From contig JAFSRI010000001.1 of assembly GCA_017446155.1 (NCBI GenBank), positions 12,088 to 76,087 of the forward strand: a stretch of 64,000 nt of DNA, given 5' to 3'. The position numbers were made by a program, and so were the translations under genes. The stretch is from Clostridia bacterium. Lineage in GTDB: Bacteria > Bacillota > Clostridia > Oscillospirales > CAG-272. Positions 60,152 to 64,000 of this stretch are shown here, piece after piece; within the stretch, counting starts at the first letter, position 1; every line of letters begins with the position of its first letter. The notes beneath the pieces were generated by a model. It ran no database searches, was not told the origin of the DNA, and saw nothing but the letters and a program-made list of their open reading frames with translations.

Positions 60152-60485
60152 TGCGTTTTCTCCTTTTGGGGTAAAATATTACACTGAAATTTTATCATAT
60201 TGCTTTTTGAAAATCAACATCAATTTAATATTTTTATACGCATACGCGGCGTATCTGCAATTACGATGTCATAATCATGCCGAGTTTTCCCGAAAAGAGA
60301 TTTTTTCAGAATATCAAATCAAGCTCGGTTGATGATTTCTTTTTTTCTGTGTTTATAGGATTTTTACGAGAGATTATTCGTGTTATTATCCGGCGCGACG
60401 CGACAAAACGGTTATGTGATTTATTCATAGACCGTAAAAACAAAAAAACCGTCGAATGACGGCTTGTATTTTTTGTTTTTTACTC

Positions 60486-60728
60486 TCAGGTAAAGAGGAA
60501 CATAACGAGAACGAGCACCGCGAAAACGATAGCAACGATCATCGTAAGTCTGGAAAGTTTCTTCTGTTTGGAATTGTTCTTGTTTCTTCCGTAATAAGTG
60601 TCTGCATTTCCGCCGCCGATAGCACCGGAAAGACCTTTTGAAGATTTGCCTTGAAGCAGAACGGCAACAATAAGGAAGATAGCGGCAAGCATAAGTACGA
60701 TTCCCAAAACGATATTCAATGCGCTCAT
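60486..60728 (-). CDS. secG: Preprotein translocase subunit SecG
   Basis: VLLQGKSSKGLSGAIGGG...LSRLT; two TM helices. Confidence 0.92.
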   Translation of the reverse strand: MSALNIVLGIVLMLAAIFLIVAVLLQGKSSKGLSGAIGGGNADTYYGRNKNNSKQKKLSRLTMIVAIVFAVLVLVMFLFT

Positions 60729-60995
60729 AATAAATAAACTCCAATTCCGGCGGAAATATTGACTCCGCCGCCGTCCGCCATTTTTTCGGCGCGGAAAAAA
60801 TTTTACTCATAAACTGCCTTTTTAAGTGCAGTATAAGTATATTATCACAATAAAAAGGAAAAATCAAGTATTTTGCAAAAAAAATTTGCGTTGTGCGCCG
60901 GCAATATCCGCCTATCACCGTATAAAACGCGCAATTTTTCACCTCCGCCGATTTAAAGCTAAGGCGCGCGGAATACCGCGCGCCGTATCATCTTA

Positions 60996-62447
60996 TCATC
61001 CCTCGGCGGTTACGGTTTTTGCCGCCTTTGCGTGCGAGGCGTGTTTTTGTTCGAGCTTTTTTATCTTCTCTATCACCAATTTACCGCTTTTGGCGGCGTT
61101 CGGCAGTCCCCCCGGGGGGCAAAGCCATTGCCCCGCATAAAACATTCGCGGATGTCCCTCAATACTGCCGTCAACGTGAAGCGGAATATAATTTTTCGGG
61201 AACAGAAAGCTCATAAAAGAGCCTACCTCGGCGCCGGTAAATCTTTTATACGTCGCCGGCGTCCACACGTCAATGCATTTCACCTTGCCGGAAAGCTCCG
61301 GAAAACGTTTCTCGAACAGCTCGCGCGATATTTCTCCTATTCTGCGCTTTTTCTCTTTATATTCCACCTTGTCCGCATCGAGCGAAATGTATTCTTTCGA
61401 TTTTTCCTCATCGATGAATATCATGCTTTGATAAATACTTTTGCCCTCAGGCGCAAAATCTTTTTCGTGATAATACTCTCTGTATGACACCCTGTCGGAG
61501 CCGAGCTCTTCCCTGTACTCGTCCGGTATACTGATTATGATGTCGCCCTCAAACAATTTTTTATCCGATTCCGCCGCGAGCGCACATTGCACGCTTGAAA
61601 AGCGAATGAGTTTTTTGTTTTTATATCTTTTGGCTATCGCACGCGGCATCTTCGCCCTGACCATACGACCCGCCGCGGCGGCGGGATCTGCCGTTATTAT
61701 TACATAGTCGCCCGTCTCTTCACTCCCGTCGGCGAAAATCACCTTGCCGTCATCGGCGCGCACGACTTCCTTGCCTAAGACAAGCTCACCGCCAAGTTCT
61801 TCATATCTCTTAACGATACGCTCCGCCGCCGCGACAGAGCCGCCATACGGTATGTCGGCGTCGCCCGAGCAGAACGTTCCGCCCACAATAAGCATTGCGA
61901 GCGCACCGAACTTTTCCCCAAGGAAATACGTAAAAAAGCGTTTTAACAACGGATGCTTGAATCTGTCGGCAAGATCGCCCATCGTCATCGGCAAATATTT
62001 CAACAGCCTTGTCGGCTTGTTTTCTCCCCCGCCGAATTTGAGCAGCTTCTGCGCCGCTTTTACGGCGCCTATAAACGCGCGCGACTCTTTTTCATCCTCT
62101 GCGGATACCGCCACCATGTCGTCTTCAAGTTTCTCTATATCGCGGCTGAACGAAAGGCTCTGCCCGTCAAGCTCGACGGTGTACAATACGTTCGGTTTGA
62201 ATATCTCGACACCGTCGCCCAGCATACCTATATCTTCCCAAATTTTATATGACTCAATGTCTTTGTTCGTTCCCGTAAGCCAATGAATACAGTTGTCGAT
62301 AAAATATTCTCCCCTGCGCCAACCCGAAAGGTTGCCGCCCGCCGTGTGATGTTTTTCAAATATGACGGCGTCATATCCCGCCAGTCTTGCGTAAATTCCC
62401 GCGGAAATCCCCGCGACTCCTGCCCCTACGATAATTACTTTTGCCAT
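60996..62447 (-). CDS. FAD-dependent oxidoreductase, phytoene-dehydrogenase-like
   Basis: GAGVAG Rossmann motif, EKH..GG, CIHWL, TPATY, AGQWLCPPGGLP. Confidence 0.85.
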   Translation of the reverse strand: MAKVIIVGAGVAGISAGIYARLAGYDAVIFEKHHTAGGNLSGWRRGEYFIDNCIHWLTGTNKDIESYKIWEDIGMLGDGVEIFKPNVLYTVELDGQSLSFSRDIEKLEDDMVAVSAEDEKESRAFIGAVKAAQKLLKFGGGENKPTRLLKYLPMTMGDLADRFKHPLLKRFFTYFLGEKFGALAMLIVGGTFCSGDADIPYGGSVAAAERIVKRYEELGGELVLGKEVVRADDGKVIFADGSEETGDYVIITADPAAAAGRMVRAKMPRAIAKRYKNKKLIRFSSVQCALAAESDKKLFEGDIIISIPDEYREELGSDRVSYREYYHEKDFAPEGKSIYQSMIFIDEEKSKEYISLDADKVEYKEKKRRIGEISRELFEKRFPELSGKVKCIDVWTPATYKRFTGAEVGSFMSFLFPKNYIPLHVDGSIEGHPRMFYAGQWLCPPGGLPNAAKSGKLVIEKIKKLEQKHASHAKAAKTVTAEG

Positions 62448-62670
62448 TTAAGTTGTTTCCTTTGTTTTTTATATATTATTGACTTGTATTTTCATTTTAT
62501 GTGCACAGGCGGAAAAAATTACTCTTTTTGTCTATACGATCGTGTAGCCGATACGCAAAGCAAAACGGCGCAGTTTATCCGTCGAATGGTAAAAACGAAT
62601 GAATTACATATATAATAGTTTATTTTTATGGACAAATCAAGCAAATAATCGTTTTTTTGCATTTTTTTGA

Positions 62671-62699
62671 TTGACAAAGCAAAAATATAATGATATAAT
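62671..62699 (+). promoter_or_regulatory. Strong sigma-A promoter of rpsF-ssb-rpsR
   Basis: TTGACA-N17-TATAAT with TG extension. Confidence 0.85.
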
Positions 62700-62733
62700 A
62701 ACTACTCGGAAAAGGACGCCACGGGCGTTTTTT

Positions 62734-62791
62734 CTCCTTGCCGGCAGTAAATCTGTTTTAATGCCGCCGGCCTTATGTCCAGAAGGAGGTG
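62734..62791 (+). ncRNA. S6:S18 ribosomal-protein leader (cis-regulatory RNA)
   Basis: CTCCTT (62734) pairs with the SD AAGGAG (62783); inner stem CGGCAGTAAA/TTTAATGCCG followed by unpaired CCG. Confidence 0.7.
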
Positions 62792-62801
62792 CAAATCAAT
62801 T

Positions 62802-63092
62802 ATGGAAAAACTTACTTCATCCTATGAGACGATGTTCGTAGTAGACTGCTCGACAAGCGAAGAAGCTACAACGGCTGTCGTTGAAAAGTTCAAATCCCTC
62901 ATTGAGTCAAACGGCACAATCGAGAAGATCGAAGAGTGGGGTAAACGCAAACTCGCGTATCCGATAAACGATTTGACGGAAGGTTATTACGTTCTCATAA
63001 ACCACACGTCAACCCGTGATTTCGTAGAAGAGCTGAGCCGCGTCTTCAACATAACGGAAGGCGTTATGCGTTATCTTACAGTCAAATTATAA
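62802..63092 (+). CDS. rpsF: 30S ribosomal protein S6
   Basis: YETMFV, WGKRKLAYPI, EGYY. Confidence 0.96.
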   Translation: MEKLTSSYETMFVVDCSTSEEATTAVVEKFKSLIESNGTIEKIEEWGKRKLAYPINDLTEGYYVLINHTSTRDFVEELSRVFNITEGVMRYLTVKL

Positions 63093-63107
63093 TCGGAGGT
63101 AAATGGT

Positions 63108-63539
63108 ATGGCAAGTCTTAACAAAGTAATCCTTATAGGACACCTGACCGCAGATCCCGAACTTCGTCAAACGGCGACAGGGCTCAGCGTTTGCTCGTTT
63201 TCCATCGGCGTAACGCGCCGTTTTCAAAGAGCGGGCGAACAGAACAGCGACTTCATAAACATAGTGGCGTGGCGTCAGACAGCGGAATTCATCTCCAAAT
63301 ACTTTAAAAAAGGCAGCGCCATATGCATCTGCGGTTCGCTTCAAACAAGAAACTACGTGGCAAACGACAACACAAAGCGTTATATAACGGAAGTCGTAGC
63401 CGACGAGGCGTCTTTCGTTGAAAGAAAGACCGACGGAGCACCGAGATCCGACGATTATCAGGCGCCTGCTTATGCAACAGGCATGGAGGAAGCTCCCAAG
63501 TTCGAGGAAGTTTCCGGTGACGACGATCTGCCGTTCTGA
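63108..63539 (+). CDS. ssb: Single-stranded DNA-binding protein
   Basis: NKVILIG.LT.DPELR, DFINIVAW, C-terminal DDDLPF. Confidence 0.97.
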   Translation: MASLNKVILIGHLTADPELRQTATGLSVCSFSIGVTRRFQRAGEQNSDFINIVAWRQTAEFISKYFKKGSAICICGSLQTRNYVANDNTKRYITEVVADEASFVERKTDGAPRSDDYQAPAYATGMEEAPKFEEVSGDDDLPF

Positions 63540-63575
63540 GCAGATCACCTAAAATCTTAATGGGAGGTTTATATC

Positions 63576-63821
63576 ATGGATAAAGAGCAAAAAGTTGCCC
63601 GTCCCGTCGTTCACAGAAGAAAGAAAGTTTGCATCTTCTGCGAAGAGAAAGCGGAAACGATCGATTATAAAGACACGGCTAAACTCAGAAAGTTTATTTC
63701 CGAACGTTCAAAGATCCTTCCCCGCAGAGTTACGGGTACATGCGCAAAACACCAGCGCGAACTTACGATCGCTATAAAGAGAGCCCGTCATATGGCACTC
63801 GTTCCGTTCGTAACAGACTGA
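63576..63821 (+). CDS. rpsR: 30S ribosomal protein S18 (Zn-binding C+ type)
   Basis: [28 protein letters not shown]. Confidence 0.97.
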   Translation: MDKEQKVARPVVHRRKKVCIFCEEKAETIDYKDTAKLRKFISERSKILPRRVTGTCAKHQRELTIAIKRARHMALVPFVTD

Positions 63822-63869
63822 CGGTAAATTTGTGCTTGGATAAATTCAAATATCCTATTTAGCACAAAT

Positions 63870-63912
63870 AAGGCAGCAGATTTTGATAGAAAGTCTACTG
63901 CCTTTTCTTTTT
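63870..63912 (+). terminator. Intrinsic terminator after rpsR
   Basis: AAGGCAGCAGA...TCTACTGCCTT followed by TTCTTTT. Confidence 0.7.
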
Positions 63913-64000
63913 ACTTATTGCGGAGCAACTGCAAGCGGGTTGCGAGCCCTTGATTTGTCGAGACTTGCGTTCGTATGATATATTAACTAGAGAGAAAAAA

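Noticed and set aside
1-64000. tRNA, rRNA, T-box, metabolite riboswitch, transposase or integrase genes
   Set aside because: No diagnostic motifs were found by eye; an Rfam/tRNAscan run would be needed to exclude divergent cases.

Overview
A 64-kb core-chromosome segment from a spore-forming Clostridia (Bacillota) bacterium, judging by spoIVA, yunB, ytfJ/gerW, dacB/dacF, IreB, sepF-divIVA and scpAB. It holds about 70 CDS, mostly housekeeping (prfB, lon, engB, lexA, miaA, queA, mtaB, rlmD, nusB-xseAB-ispA, murI, prmC, secG, rpsF-ssb-rpsR). I found no tRNA, rRNA, CRISPR array, transposase or integrase. Three observations stand out. (1) A ~1.4-kb block of small accessory genes lies directly behind the rlmD/rumA 3' end. 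It contains a second, synonymously diverged copy of the rlmD C-terminal 'HVExVVL' coding motif, 619 bp downstream and preceded by a long imperfect stem-loop, which suggests stacked single-gene cassettes with no recombinase in the window. (2) prfB lacks its programmed frameshift and is preceded by a 150-bp-period tandem duplication in which each copy carries a sigma-A promoter, an RBS and a small basic ORF; the proximal ORF ends in UGA-C. (3) A trigger-factor-like lipoprotein with two FKBP-like domains sits at the tig position upstream of lon-engB. All family assignments come from motif recognition by eye, not database searches.
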